Source of the DNA: Candidatus Hadarchaeota archaeon
GTDB lineage: Archaea; Hadarchaeota; Hadarchaeia; Hadarchaeales; Hadarchaeaceae
NCBI GenBank assembly: GCA_964514945.1
Contig: CAZESD010000002.1
Span: forward strand, 13,369-77,368
DNA length: 64,000 nt
Direction: 5' to 3'
A program made the position numbers and the translations under genes. The notes beneath the pieces were generated by a model. That model did no database searches, was not told the origin of the DNA, and saw only the letters and a program-made list of their open reading frames with translations. Below are positions 48,628-59,200 of the stretch, piece by piece (the stretch's first letter is position 1; each line of letters starts with the position of its first letter).

Positions 48628-51600
48628 TTAGGATAAAACCCCATCGATCCGTTCCACCCGGCCTTCGCGCACATCCCGCGCTAAAGGAGTCCCCAAGGTA
48701 TCTCCGGACACGGTTTTCTCTTCTCCGCCATAATATCTCAGCCGGTAAGAGATGACTTTTACTCCATCTTTGCCGAAAGTGTTTTTTCGCTTTTGATTAT
48801 GGTAGACCACTAGAGTTTTGCCGAGGAACTTGAACGCGAAAGCATTTTTCGGGATTGCTACTCTTCTTAATCTTCCCTTCCCATCGTAATAATTGAATGC
48901 CTTTTTTTCCTGGGTGAAAAGCCAACCGGGAAGAGCGGGCCGGAGTTTAAGCATGAGTTGCTTTTTTCTATTCAAGAAGAAGGGATTTTCACTCACCGCC
49001 ATGTGGAACCACATATTGAGCATCTCACTAGTGAGACCGCTTAAGCGGGGCTGGTATCCCCAACCGTGGAGTTTCTTGTCCGGAAAGACGCTGCTGACGA
49101 TGATGGATCCCCCCTCCAGAATGCTTCTCCCGTACATTTCCGGATTGAGGAATGGAATTAGGGCGGTTTTGATGTCCCGGTAGAATTCTTGGTAAAAACC
49201 GCTCCGCAACATCTCCAAAAGCCACTTGTATTCCATGTGAAGGTAGATAGCCTCGTTCTCAAGCCATCCCCTAGCGTAAGCGCGAATCCTCCCGACTTCA
49301 AAGGGTTCTTTTTCCAGGGACTCGCAGACTTTGTACATCTTAAGTTCCCTATCGTAGAGTGGACTTCTTCGAACACTTTCGTAAATTTGCTTGTCCCACT
49401 CTCGGTGAACCCTCAACAAATGAACCGGGCCTTCTAGGAAGAGGGACACCGGGCGCTGGCAGAATTTTTTAGCTCTAACTAAAGGATATCCTGAGTGGCT
49501 GAGCGCGGGTATTTTTTTCTTCCGGTCTTTCCATATCGGCTCGTACTCTTTGACCTCGTTAACGAAATATGTATAACAGACGCCATTTTTATGAAAGATT
49601 TTGTTCTTGTTTTCCGGCTTGAAAACCTCGTTGAGAATCCTCAGACATGCGTCCAAGAAACGCTTCACTTCGGCAACCGTCATTTTCCGTTCTCGCCCGC
49701 TGACCCCCATTTTTGTCCTTTCCCTGTAACGCTCTTTCAGCCGGTTGCTCTCCTCCCAGTAGAGTAGGGCCCTTTCTCCTTTTTTGGAGTTTAACTTTCT
49801 CTTCATCGCCCGGATTAAACCCCTCATGAATTCATACAACTCTTCATAGAGAGTGACCGAAGCGCTGCCTTTTAGATTAAGCTTATCCAAATTTTCCCTT
49901 AGAAACAGGCAGTGCCTTTCCAGTTCTATAGTTTCGCATAGAGATGACCCTAGAAGCCCTGGCAGCCCGTTTATGGCATCACACCAGCCGGGCTTATCGG
50001 CCTCCATTTCTATCCCGATTCCTTGCGGGTCTAGCGTGGCAATCTTGTTGGCTATAATGGAGAGGAGCTTCACTACAAGGTTGGTTTGGTAGATGCGGCC
50101 ACGACCGTATTTAGTCCGTACCTGAGTCGGAAGCTCCCGGCGACTTTTGATCATTCGAAGTTTTTCGGGGTCGCGAATTACCGCACCGTATTGTCGAACC
50201 TGCCCATTAATCAAAACGTATTTCTTATCTCGGGGCAAGACGATATCCGGATTATCGTAGAAAGTGAATATTTTTCGGCCAATTAAAATCTCTTTAAGCC
50301 TTTCCGGGTATATCGCCAAGAAACTGTTGATTTGGTCGATGTTGTAGGTCCAGTGATCCATCCAGAACCCTTCATGTAAATCGCCTACATCATTTTGCCG
50401 GCAGAAAAGCAAAAGTTCCTCCAAAATTCTTTCGTATTTCCTTGGACTCCTGGCCTTGTCCCCCTCCAGTTTCATGATGAACTCTCCGGGAGTGAAGGGT
50501 CGGCTAACCATCTCTAAAAGCTCGCAGAATAGCTTTTTGTCCTTAACAATACTCCCCAGCCATTTTTTGACCCCCCTGATATCCTCGGCGGTATAAGTCA
50601 GCCCTGTGACTACCTGTGGATTGTAACCGTCGGTCTGGAGCATGTTGAGGAAGGTGACCATGTTAAAGTCTTCCACTTCGGGAAAGAACCAGACACCAGT
50701 TCGACGGTTCTGGTTGACATCGCGGTAATACTCATTTCCTTGGGAGAGATATGTGGGCTCCAGAATGAGGTAGTGGTAATCTCTCTCCAAGTCTCCGTGA
50801 ATTCGAGAGTAGAGGTGAAAAACACTTTTTCCCCTTGACGTACGGAGCACGAGAGGCATGCCGCCCCTGAGCACGTTGTCGAAGAATGTCTGCTGGCAGT
50901 ACTGGTCGAACTCCGTGGAACTTGAGACGGTGAAGGCGTGGCTTTTAATTTGTCCGATTATCTTCAGGTGTTCCTCGCGTTTGTGGCGGAAGGAATTCTT
51001 TTTTCTGAGAACTTTCAAAAGGTTGCGCAATTTTTCTTCATTGGGGGTACTCCCAATCAACGAGTATAAGGTAATCTCCCCACCAGCTGGCAAGTTCAAA
51101 GAAAGAGCTGTAAAGGCGCAGGGGGTTCTGTTTTCGTGAATCTGTTTTATTTTCAGGAGGTCTTGAACGGATTTTTCCTCAAAAACCCAAGGATGATCGT
51201 AGGTTTGTGACTCGCCGAAGATAACGGATGGATCAGCTATAAAATGATCCTTCAATATTTTGTTCTCCTCGCTGGGGATTGTTAAATAAAAATTACCCCC
51301 GTGGAATTTTCCAACCTGCGAAATATCTTCCGGCGTTTGCTTCAGACGGAAAAGGAGAACACCATCAAGTTGCTCCACACCCATCATGGCTTCAATGTGC
51401 TGAGGAATAAATTTGAGGTGGTTCTGGTTCAGACCATAAGGCAGGATTCGTGGGAGGCCGTCAATTAACTCCAGTTTGATGGGATGAGCACTGAGATTCT
51501 TTATCCTCAGTTCCCTCACCAGGGCTGGGATTGGCTCGTTGACCAAGGGGAAATAGAGCACATTTGTTTCTATCCCCAGTTCTGGGTTGATATCGTTGAT

Positions 51601-51954
51601 TTCCAGTTCTTCGGCGGAGACAATCATTTTCTGTTTGATTTCTTTCTCCTTGTTTTTTTGAAAGGGCTCGTAGACCGTGTAACCGTTAATTTTTAGGAAA
51701 GTTCGGAACCCCTGCTGACTGACGAGCTGAAGGGCCTTATTAAAGGAGTAGAATTCGAGAATCGCGTGATCTTTATCCCTCACACCCATACTGCAGATGC
51801 CCTGCCCCCTGCTGACATAGTAGATCCACATTGGGATCCCCCACTTGCCTCCGATCCCGGGGAAAAAATCGGAGAACGCTTTGGCCCAGTTGTAATTCTC
51901 CACGACGAAGCGGTACCTCGAATCAAGGTAAAACCTAACGGGTTGTTGATTCAT
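48628..51954 (-). CDS. Large glycoside-hydrolase-like or glycan-phosphorylase-like protein; family not resolved
   Basis: 1108 aa; N-terminal FPGIGGKWGIPMW resembles the GIGTG beta-sandwich seen in GH116 and GH94 enzymes; AT-rich. Confidence 0.35.
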   Translation of the reverse strand: MNQQPVRFYLDSRYRFVVENYNWAKAFSDFFPGIGGKWGIPMWIYYVSRGQGICSMGVRDKDHAILEFYSFNKALQLVSQQGFRTFLKINGYTVYEPFQKNKEKEIKQKMIVSAEELEINDINPELGIETNVLYFPLVNEPIPALVRELRIKNLSAHPIKLELIDGLPRILPYGLNQNHLKFIPQHIEAMMGVEQLDGVLLFRLKQTPEDISQVGKFHGGNFYLTIPSEENKILKDHFIADPSVIFGESQTYDHPWVFEEKSVQDLLKIKQIHENRTPCAFTALSLNLPAGGEITLYSLIGSTPNEEKLRNLLKVLRKKNSFRHKREEHLKIIGQIKSHAFTVSSSTEFDQYCQQTFFDNVLRGGMPLVLRTSRGKSVFHLYSRIHGDLERDYHYLILEPTYLSQGNEYYRDVNQNRRTGVWFFPEVEDFNMVTFLNMLQTDGYNPQVVTGLTYTAEDIRGVKKWLGSIVKDKKLFCELLEMVSRPFTPGEFIMKLEGDKARSPRKYERILEELLLFCRQNDVGDLHEGFWMDHWTYNIDQINSFLAIYPERLKEILIGRKIFTFYDNPDIVLPRDKKYVLINGQVRQYGAVIRDPEKLRMIKSRRELPTQVRTKYGRGRIYQTNLVVKLLSIIANKIATLDPQGIGIEMEADKPGWCDAINGLPGLLGSSLCETIELERHCLFLRENLDKLNLKGSASVTLYEELYEFMRGLIRAMKRKLNSKKGERALLYWEESNRLKERYRERTKMGVSGRERKMTVAEVKRFLDACLRILNEVFKPENKNKIFHKNGVCYTYFVNEVKEYEPIWKDRKKKIPALSHSGYPLVRAKKFCQRPVSLFLEGPVHLLRVHREWDKQIYESVRRSPLYDRELKMYKVCESLEKEPFEVGRIRAYARGWLENEAIYLHMEYKWLLEMLRSGFYQEFYRDIKTALIPFLNPEMYGRSILEGGSIIVSSVFPDKKLHGWGYQPRLSGLTSEMLNMWFHMAVSENPFFLNRKKQLMLKLRPALPGWLFTQEKKAFNYYDGKGRLRRVAIPKNAFAFKFLGKTLVVYHNQKRKNTFGKDGVKVISYRLRYYGGEEKTVSGDTLGTPLARDVREGRVERIDGVLS

Positions 51955-52230
51955 GTCGACCTCCCAGTCATTAAAGTATACAGATAATTTTTAAAGGCTT
52001 TGGTTTGGGGATTTTTTTCATGACTAAATTATATAAATAGGACGAAAATCGATTTTCTTAAAGCTCTTTTCGCCTACCCGGTACATTCGACCTCAAAACT
52101 CTTTATTGACTTAAATTGGATTTAGAGAATTTTTAATTGAACACCCCTAACCTCATGCTCCTTGTTCACGAGATACACACCAGTCTCACAATTTTTTAAT
52201 AGCGAGGAAAGATAACTATGGGCGATTCAA

Positions 52231-53589
52231 ATGCCTAAACTATTTGGAACATTTGGAGTCCGTGGCGTGGTCAATCAAGAGCTCACGCCCGAGTTTGGGT
52301 TTGAGATGGGGCTCGCCCTCGCCACCTACATGAAAGGAAGTGGAAAGGTGGCAGTCGGTTATGACACAAGGACATCAAGCGTGATGTTCGAGCAGGCGAT
52401 AACTGCCGGACTCATCTCGGGGGGATGTGATGTGGTCGCCATCGGGACCTCACCAACTCCGGTTTTATCATTTGCAATCCGCTACTTCTCCTGTGATGCC
52501 GGAGTGATGATAACGGCATCTCACAACCCGCCCCAATATAATGGCATCAAGCTCTGGGGGTCAGATGGAGGCGCATTTTCCCGAGAAGGGGAAAAGGAAA
52601 TCGAACGAATAATCTCGGAGAAATCTTGGAAGCGGGCCTCTTGGGATAAAATAGGGAAAATCGGACAAGCCGACGCTCTCACCCCCTACATTAAGGGAAT
52701 TCTAAACCGCATCCCCAAGTTTGAGCGGAAATTAAAAGTGGTGGTGGACTGCGCCAATGCGACGGGGAGCTTGGTCACCCCAAGACTCCTCAGAGAGCTT
52801 GGTTGCAAGGTGATCTCGATGAATTGTCAGATAGACGGAACTTTTCCAGGGAGGAATCCAGAACCAACTCCAGAAAACATCAAGGAACTCTCAAAGGCAG
52901 TGGTGGCCTGCGGTGCGGACTTAGGCATAGCCCACGATGGAGATGCCGACCGAACCGCTATTGTAAATGAAAAAGGAGAAGTGCTCGCCGGAGACAGGGT
53001 GTTTGCGCTGGTGGCTTTTCACCACCTTCGGGGAAAGAAACATCCGAAGATAGTAACAGATATCTCCGCCAGTTCGGTGTTGGACGATGTTGCGAGAGAG
53101 CTGGGCGGGAGTGTTGTAAAAACGCCTGTGGGTGAGCCCGAGATAGCGCAGGAGATTCGGGAGCACGGATGTGAGCTAGGTGGGGAGGAAACTGGGAGTG
53201 TTATCTTTCCGGACTGGGCTTTATGTAGGGAAGGAGTGATGACTGCCCTGAAGTTCATTGAGGCTCTCGTCCAATCAGGTGAAAAAGTTTCGGAGTTTGA
53301 TCGTACTCTACCACAATATTTCCTGATCAAGCAGAAAATAAAATGTCCAAATGAGATCAAAGGGCAAGTGTTAAATTTGCTTTCAGAACGGTTCGCCCGG
53401 TACAAACTAAACAGGATTGATGGTTTACGCGTGGATTTTGATGACGGGTGGTTGCTACTTAGACCCTCTGGGACTGAACCAATTTTCAGGTGCTTTTCGG
53501 AGGCTAAAAATTCTGAAAGGGCCAAGGAACTCGCAGAGCTTGGGATGCGGGAACTTGAGGCGTGCGCCAAAACTGTAGGTTCTAACTAA
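52231..53589 (+). CDS. Phosphoglucosamine/phosphomannomutase family protein (alpha-D-phosphohexomutase)
   Basis: Active-site block TASHNPPQYNGIK, metal loop DGDADR, GEESG. Confidence 0.85.
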   Translation: MPKLFGTFGVRGVVNQELTPEFGFEMGLALATYMKGSGKVAVGYDTRTSSVMFEQAITAGLISGGCDVVAIGTSPTPVLSFAIRYFSCDAGVMITASHNPPQYNGIKLWGSDGGAFSREGEKEIERIISEKSWKRASWDKIGKIGQADALTPYIKGILNRIPKFERKLKVVVDCANATGSLVTPRLLRELGCKVISMNCQIDGTFPGRNPEPTPENIKELSKAVVACGADLGIAHDGDADRTAIVNEKGEVLAGDRVFALVAFHHLRGKKHPKIVTDISASSVLDDVARELGGSVVKTPVGEPEIAQEIREHGCELGGEETGSVIFPDWALCREGVMTALKFIEALVQSGEKVSEFDRTLPQYFLIKQKIKCPNEIKGQVLNLLSERFARYKLNRIDGLRVDFDDGWLLLRPSGTEPIFRCFSEAKNSERAKELAELGMRELEACAKTVGSN

Positions 53590-53657
53590 AATCTAAATAC
53601 GTACAAGGTGCAATATCACTGGAAGTCGGGTTGTAATTAATCTTGGGAGGTTGAAAA

Positions 53658-55862
53658 GTGCGCCCCGCAGCACTCAGAAAGACGGCTGGGAGTCGGATGA
53701 ACAGGGAATCTGTGGATATGCAAGCGGTCCGCGCAATCGTAGTGGCAGTTTTGGGGGCACTAGTACTACTGGTGTTGGTATCGACCCCAGTGACGGGAAC
53801 GATCACGACCCAACACGCGCCGATCTTCATTAATGGCGATAATTCTTTCACCCCGAGCAACGGCGTCGTCTTGGGCTCTGGGACCGCAGACGATCCCTAC
53901 ATCATCGAGAACTGGGTGATCGACGCCTCAGATAACCACGGGATCTGGATCGAGAACACGACCAGGTACTTCGTCATTCGGAACTGCGTAATCGAGAATG
54001 GCGGAGACGCTCACTGGGGAGTCTACTTAGAGAACGTGCACAATGGAAAAGTCGAGAACAATACCTGTGTGAATAACGTGGACGGAATCTGCTTGGTTTT
54101 CTCAGATAACAACATCCTCTCCAACAACACCTGTGGGAACAATTTTTGGGCTGGCATTACTCTAGTCTCTTCGACCAATGGCATTCTAAACAACAACACT
54201 TGCTCAAACAACTCCAACGTGGGCATCTACCTGTACTCCTCGTCTCACAATAAGCTGGTTAGCAACACCTGCGAGAACAACAACTACGGTGTTCACTTAC
54301 TCTCCTCGTCTAACCATAATAGTTTGCGCAACAACGTTTGCTCGAACAACGCCAAAGAAGGCATTTGCTTGCGTCGTTCGTCCTTTGGCAACTTGGTCGG
54401 CAATATCTGCGAAAACAACTACGTGGGTATCTCCCTGATCTTCTCTTCCAACGATAACCTAATTAACAACACTAGTGTGCGCAACTCCAGCGGCATCTAC
54501 CTGGAATCCTCGGACAACAGCGTTCTCTTCAACAACACCTGCGAGAACAACTGGCGCGGTATCCGGCTGTGGGAGGCCTCTAGAAGCATTCTCTCCAACA
54601 ACACCTGCGAGAACAACTCCCGTAATTTCGGCGTGGTGGGCTCGAATGTTTCACACTTTGACCACGAGATCGATACTTCGAACCTCGTCAACGGCAGGCC
54701 GATCCATTACATTAAGGACAACTCGGACCTGGTGATAGGTCCCTCCCTGAACGCGGGGTACCTCGCGCTCGTGGGATGCGACAACATCAGGGTGGAGAAC
54801 CTAGTGTTCGAGAACAACGGGCAGGGAATTCTCTTCGCTTCTACCGAAAACAGCCGGATAGAGAACTGCACTTTCTCGAGCAACACCGAGGGTATCTCCT
54901 TGTGCTCTTCCTCCTACAATAAGCTAGTTAACAACATCTGCGATAACAACGATTACGGCATTCGGCTATGCTCCTCGTCTAACTACAATAGTTTGCATAA
55001 AAACACATGTTCGAACAACGCCTCTGATGGTATTTGTCTAAGTTACTTATCTAGCAACACTCTCTCTAACAATATCTGCTCGAACAGCATCTGCGGCATT
55101 CGGCTGTGGGAGGTCTCCAAAAACGTTCTTTTTAACAATATCTGCTCGAACAACAGCTATGGCCTCTGGTTATTCTCTGCCACTAATAACATAATCTTCC
55201 ACAACTACATGTCCAGCAACACTTCGCACAACGCCTATGATGACGACACTAACTACTGGGACGAGAACGGAGAGGGGAACTACTGGGGCGACTGGCAGCC
55301 CCCCGACCATCCCGACGCCGATGGGGACGGGATAGTGGATGAGTCCCGACCAATTGCGGGCGGAACCAATCAAGACAGCTATCCACTCGTGCTCGACCCT
55401 TCGCTCCCGCCGTTCAATGAACTACCCACCGCCGACGCGGGTGGCCCCTACTCAGTCGACGGGGGTGAGACTGTCGAGCTGGACGGGACTGGGAGTTCTG
55501 ATCCGGACGGCACGATTGTGAGCTACTCTTGGACGATCACTAGCGATCCGACGGGCGAGGCGAGTCTGGCCGGGACTGACAACGTTATCTCGACATTTCA
55601 TGCTCCTTTCGTTGAATCGAGCGCGAGTGTGACTGTCAGTCTGATCGTTGAGGACAATAGTGGAGCCACTGACAACACTATTGCAACCATTACGATCCAG
55701 CCACCCTCCGGTGAGACGCCGTATGCGCTTTACGTCGGGATAATAGCGATCATAATTATCGTTGGGCTTCTTGCGTATTTCGGAATCAGAAGAGGTGTTG
55801 TCCAAGGATGCTTATCGAAAATGCCGGGCTTTCGAAATAAACGGCTAGCCAAACGTTTTTGA
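53658..55862 (+). CDS. Cell-surface protein with a parallel beta-helix (NosD/pectate-lyase-like repeats), a PKD-like domain and a C-terminal transmembrane anchor
   Basis: More than 15 repeats of the N.C.NN..GI.L pattern; C-terminal IIAIIIIVGLLAYF. Confidence 0.7.
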   Translation: MRPAALRKTAGSRMNRESVDMQAVRAIVVAVLGALVLLVLVSTPVTGTITTQHAPIFINGDNSFTPSNGVVLGSGTADDPYIIENWVIDASDNHGIWIENTTRYFVIRNCVIENGGDAHWGVYLENVHNGKVENNTCVNNVDGICLVFSDNNILSNNTCGNNFWAGITLVSSTNGILNNNTCSNNSNVGIYLYSSSHNKLVSNTCENNNYGVHLLSSSNHNSLRNNVCSNNAKEGICLRRSSFGNLVGNICENNYVGISLIFSSNDNLINNTSVRNSSGIYLESSDNSVLFNNTCENNWRGIRLWEASRSILSNNTCENNSRNFGVVGSNVSHFDHEIDTSNLVNGRPIHYIKDNSDLVIGPSLNAGYLALVGCDNIRVENLVFENNGQGILFASTENSRIENCTFSSNTEGISLCSSSYNKLVNNICDNNDYGIRLCSSSNYNSLHKNTCSNNASDGICLSYLSSNTLSNNICSNSICGIRLWEVSKNVLFNNICSNNSYGLWLFSATNNIIFHNYMSSNTSHNAYDDDTNYWDENGEGNYWGDWQPPDHPDADGDGIVDESRPIAGGTNQDSYPLVLDPSLPPFNELPTADAGGPYSVDGGETVELDGTGSSDPDGTIVSYSWTITSDPTGEASLAGTDNVISTFHAPFVESSASVTVSLIVEDNSGATDNTIATITIQPPSGETPYALYVGIIAIIIIVGLLAYFGIRRGVVQGCLSKMPGFRNKRLAKRF

Positions 55863-56293
55863 GCGTTCGCTAACATCCTTAGGGCGGAGTAACTCATAGT
55901 GGATTGGACGGTTTTGCCTAAGCTCGACATCAAGAGGATTAAGCGGAATTACGGGAAGGCTTGGATAGGCTCCGGGAAATCTATTCGAAAGCGGGGGAAA
56001 TTTTTCTTGCCCAAGGATACAGAGGAGTCGATCCCACCGGAAACCAAGCAAACGACTCGTTCTTTCACCTAAACCACAGATGTTTTATCGATGTTTCAAT
56101 AAAAAGAAGGATGTGCCGGGGTAGCCCAGTCAGGAGAAGGCAGCCCTCAGGTGAAAAAAGGTGCCACACCAACTCCGATGAGGCATGTTATAATATGAGT
56201 AATCATCAGCTCAAACTGAGGGAACCAAAGAAGAAAAAATAGAAAGGGATTTTCGGCGTTTATCCCTTTCGTCCTTTCGGATCCTCTGATGCC

Positions 56294-59200
56294 TTAAGGA
56301 TTCAAGTTTTGCACTCGATAGTACCAATCCTCGCCCGTTGGCCTTGGATGATAAGGTTGTGGCCGATACTTCTTCAGGACCCTTATCAACGTCAGAAAGT
56401 CGTACCTGAGCGAGATATGCGTTCCACCCCAGTGCTGCGCCAGGACATCATACGCCCCGTGCATATCCTCTCTCATGGCATTCCATTCAGCGTCTGACGG
56501 TACGCCATTTGCAAAGAAGGTTCTCAATTCCGCGAGGAAGTTCTCTATGTCGGTCCACGTGATTTCGGCATCATAGATGTCAGTGGTTTCGTTGTTCATC
56601 GCATCCGTTATAGCACGCACCGTCGGAACATGGGAAGCAAACCCGCCCATGTCAAAGTTCTCGCAGATGTCTGTTGAATTCAGTGCCTGCTCTCTATTGG
56701 TTGAAAACAGCTTCTTTGCCTCCAGGGAGCCCATCCCTCTGTTATAAGCAAACGTTAGTATCACAAACTCTGCCCATTCATCTTTTGCGTTGGCCATAAA
56801 CTCAGTGTACTCTGCTTCTGGTACTGCATTTAGCATCTCCCTTGACACAGTTAAACTTATGCCTGCGACAATCGCGGAGCTTATCCAATTCGGATCACTC
56901 ATATCGTCCGAGACCTTGGTGTAATTGTCGTGGGAAGCACTGGGAGGGAAGTAATCCGGGAAGAAGCTGACCATATCATTGAAATTCCCACTCTCCACCT
57001 GGTAAGGCCCATCAGGGTGATCTATTTGGATTGGCCATACCCATTCTTCGCCATCGATGACCACTATGATGCCCTGGGTTACACTAGGATCTTTAGTTAC
57101 ACATGCTGCCCAATCCTCCTTCGAGCCTAGTGCAGCCAGATAATTGGGGTTGATGTTAAGCTCTTCCAACACAAAGCCCAGTCCCATAGCCATGTACTTT
57201 GTAGGTATCCAAGCTCGGACATCAGTTGCTCCGTTCACAGGATAATCTATGTTGGGGGCCAGACCTATCTGGATTTGTGTATCGCTGGGCGGATCGTACA
57301 TAATGAGCTTATCTTGAATGGGTGGCAGATTGGGGTTGTAGTACTCAGCCTGATTGAATATGAGGTCCTCCGCACTTAGATCAGGTTTCTGTGGTGCCCA
57401 GCTCGGCGGTAAGCCTTGGTACTCAGGATAAGTGATATTCTCCCCTCTCACGTAATGTGTCTTAAACTGCTGAGGATATACTTTTGAGCCACTTTTTGTT
57501 GCTTCTATTTCTATTTCAACAGACGTACCATAGGGGAATAAACTTTGCCAGCTTAGGTCTAATGTAACAACATCTCCTTCAACAGTGTAACCAAGACTAC
57601 TACCATCAGAGCATTTCATGCTCGTAATCTGCGACGTCGTCTCAAACTCCGCCGACCGTATCGCAAAATAGGTTCCATTCCACACGTAACTGTTATTGGG
57701 GTTTTCTAACGTTATCTTTCCCGTAAATGAAGCATTATCTTCACTCGTAGTAGTATAAGTTGTTCTCAACTCGTCTAGTGCTACCTCGGTGGTCGCGCTC
57801 GCCTCTGCTGAAGGATCTGACTCGTTCTGGCTCGTGTCCACTGCGGTCACCTTGTAGTAGTAGGTGGTGCTCGCGCTGAGGCCAGTGTCCGAGTAAGCAT
57901 TCTCGGTTGTATTGTCCACGAAGTTTCCGGCGCCAGGGGTGAACCCGCTGGTCGTGCTCCTGTAGACGCTGTAGTGGTCCAAGTCAGTCTCGGTGTTGTT
58001 GGCCCAGTCCAGGTCTATCTGCGAGGAGCTCACAGCAGTCGCAGTGAGACCTGTAGGAGCTGCCGGAGGCTCTGCCGGTCCAGCCATCTCCTGTATCTGT
58101 GCCCAGGTCAGGGAATCGGCAAAATTCCCGTCTTGGGCGTTCGGGTAGAGGTAGCTTGTACCCACGAAGCCGTATTCGTTTTTGAGTATTCCCCATGTGG
58201 TGGTGTAGTCAGTTGTATAACCGTCGTCGAAACCGAGCGCTACGACTGCCTTTGTGCCGTTCCAAGAGGTGTATGCATCTCTCATCGGCAGAACCTGTAG
58301 TTGACCAGCGTTCTGTTTATCGAGGAGGTAGTCACATACTGCCCTAAGCGTTGCTGGCGTACAGGCATACTGGGGAGGGCTTTCCATCACTCTGTGGGTG
58401 AATATGTTCAGCAGCGCGTCGTTCGTTATTGCTTGATCTATATATCCCGTGATGGTACTAACAGCTGTTGACGATTGTATCTCCACAGCATTCATTGCGT
58501 ACCAGTCTGCCATGGGATAGGTGTTTATGGCGCCGGTCACAGCCCAAGCTGCTCTGCCAGTTAGCCGATACTGTGCAACTACTGATTCAACTGTGGCGTT
58601 ATACTCTCCGTACGGGTACGCATGATGTTGTGGTGCTGGGAGACCATGTGCTGCGAATGCATCGTTCACTTGTTGCAGTTCCGATTGAATTTGGGCCTCG
58701 GTCATCTGAGTAAGGTATGGGTGGGTGTAAGAGTGGCACTCGAAATCCCAGCCTCCAACAGGTGGTGCTGCCTGAGTAGTCGCGCTCGCCTGCGCTGAAG
58801 GACTTGACTCGTTGTTGCTCGTGTCCACTGCAGTCACCTTGTAATAGTAGGTGGTGGAAGCACTTAGTCCAGTGTCCGAGTAATTGCTCACGGTCGTATC
58901 AGCCACGAAGGTTCCGGTGCCAGGAGTGAAGCCGCTCGTCGTGCTCCGGTAGACACTGTACTTCGCCAAGTCAGCCTCGGTATTGTTGGCCCAGTCCAGG
59001 TTGATCTGCGAAGAGCTAGCAGCCGTGGCCGTGAGGCCTGTAGGAGCTGCTGGAGGCGTCGCGTCTGGCGCCTCAGTAGTTGCGCTCGCCTGCGCTGAAG
59101 GACTCGACTCGTTGCCGCTCGTGTCCACTGCAGTCACCTTGTAGTAGTACGTGGTGCTCGCGCTGAGGCCAGTGTCCGAATAATTGCTCACGGTCGTCTC

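Noticed and set aside
56105-56185. A tRNA-like sequence starting GCCGGGGTAGCCCAGTCAGG
   Set aside because: There is no complementary 3' acceptor strand, the D-stem pairing fails, and no T-arm consensus is present.
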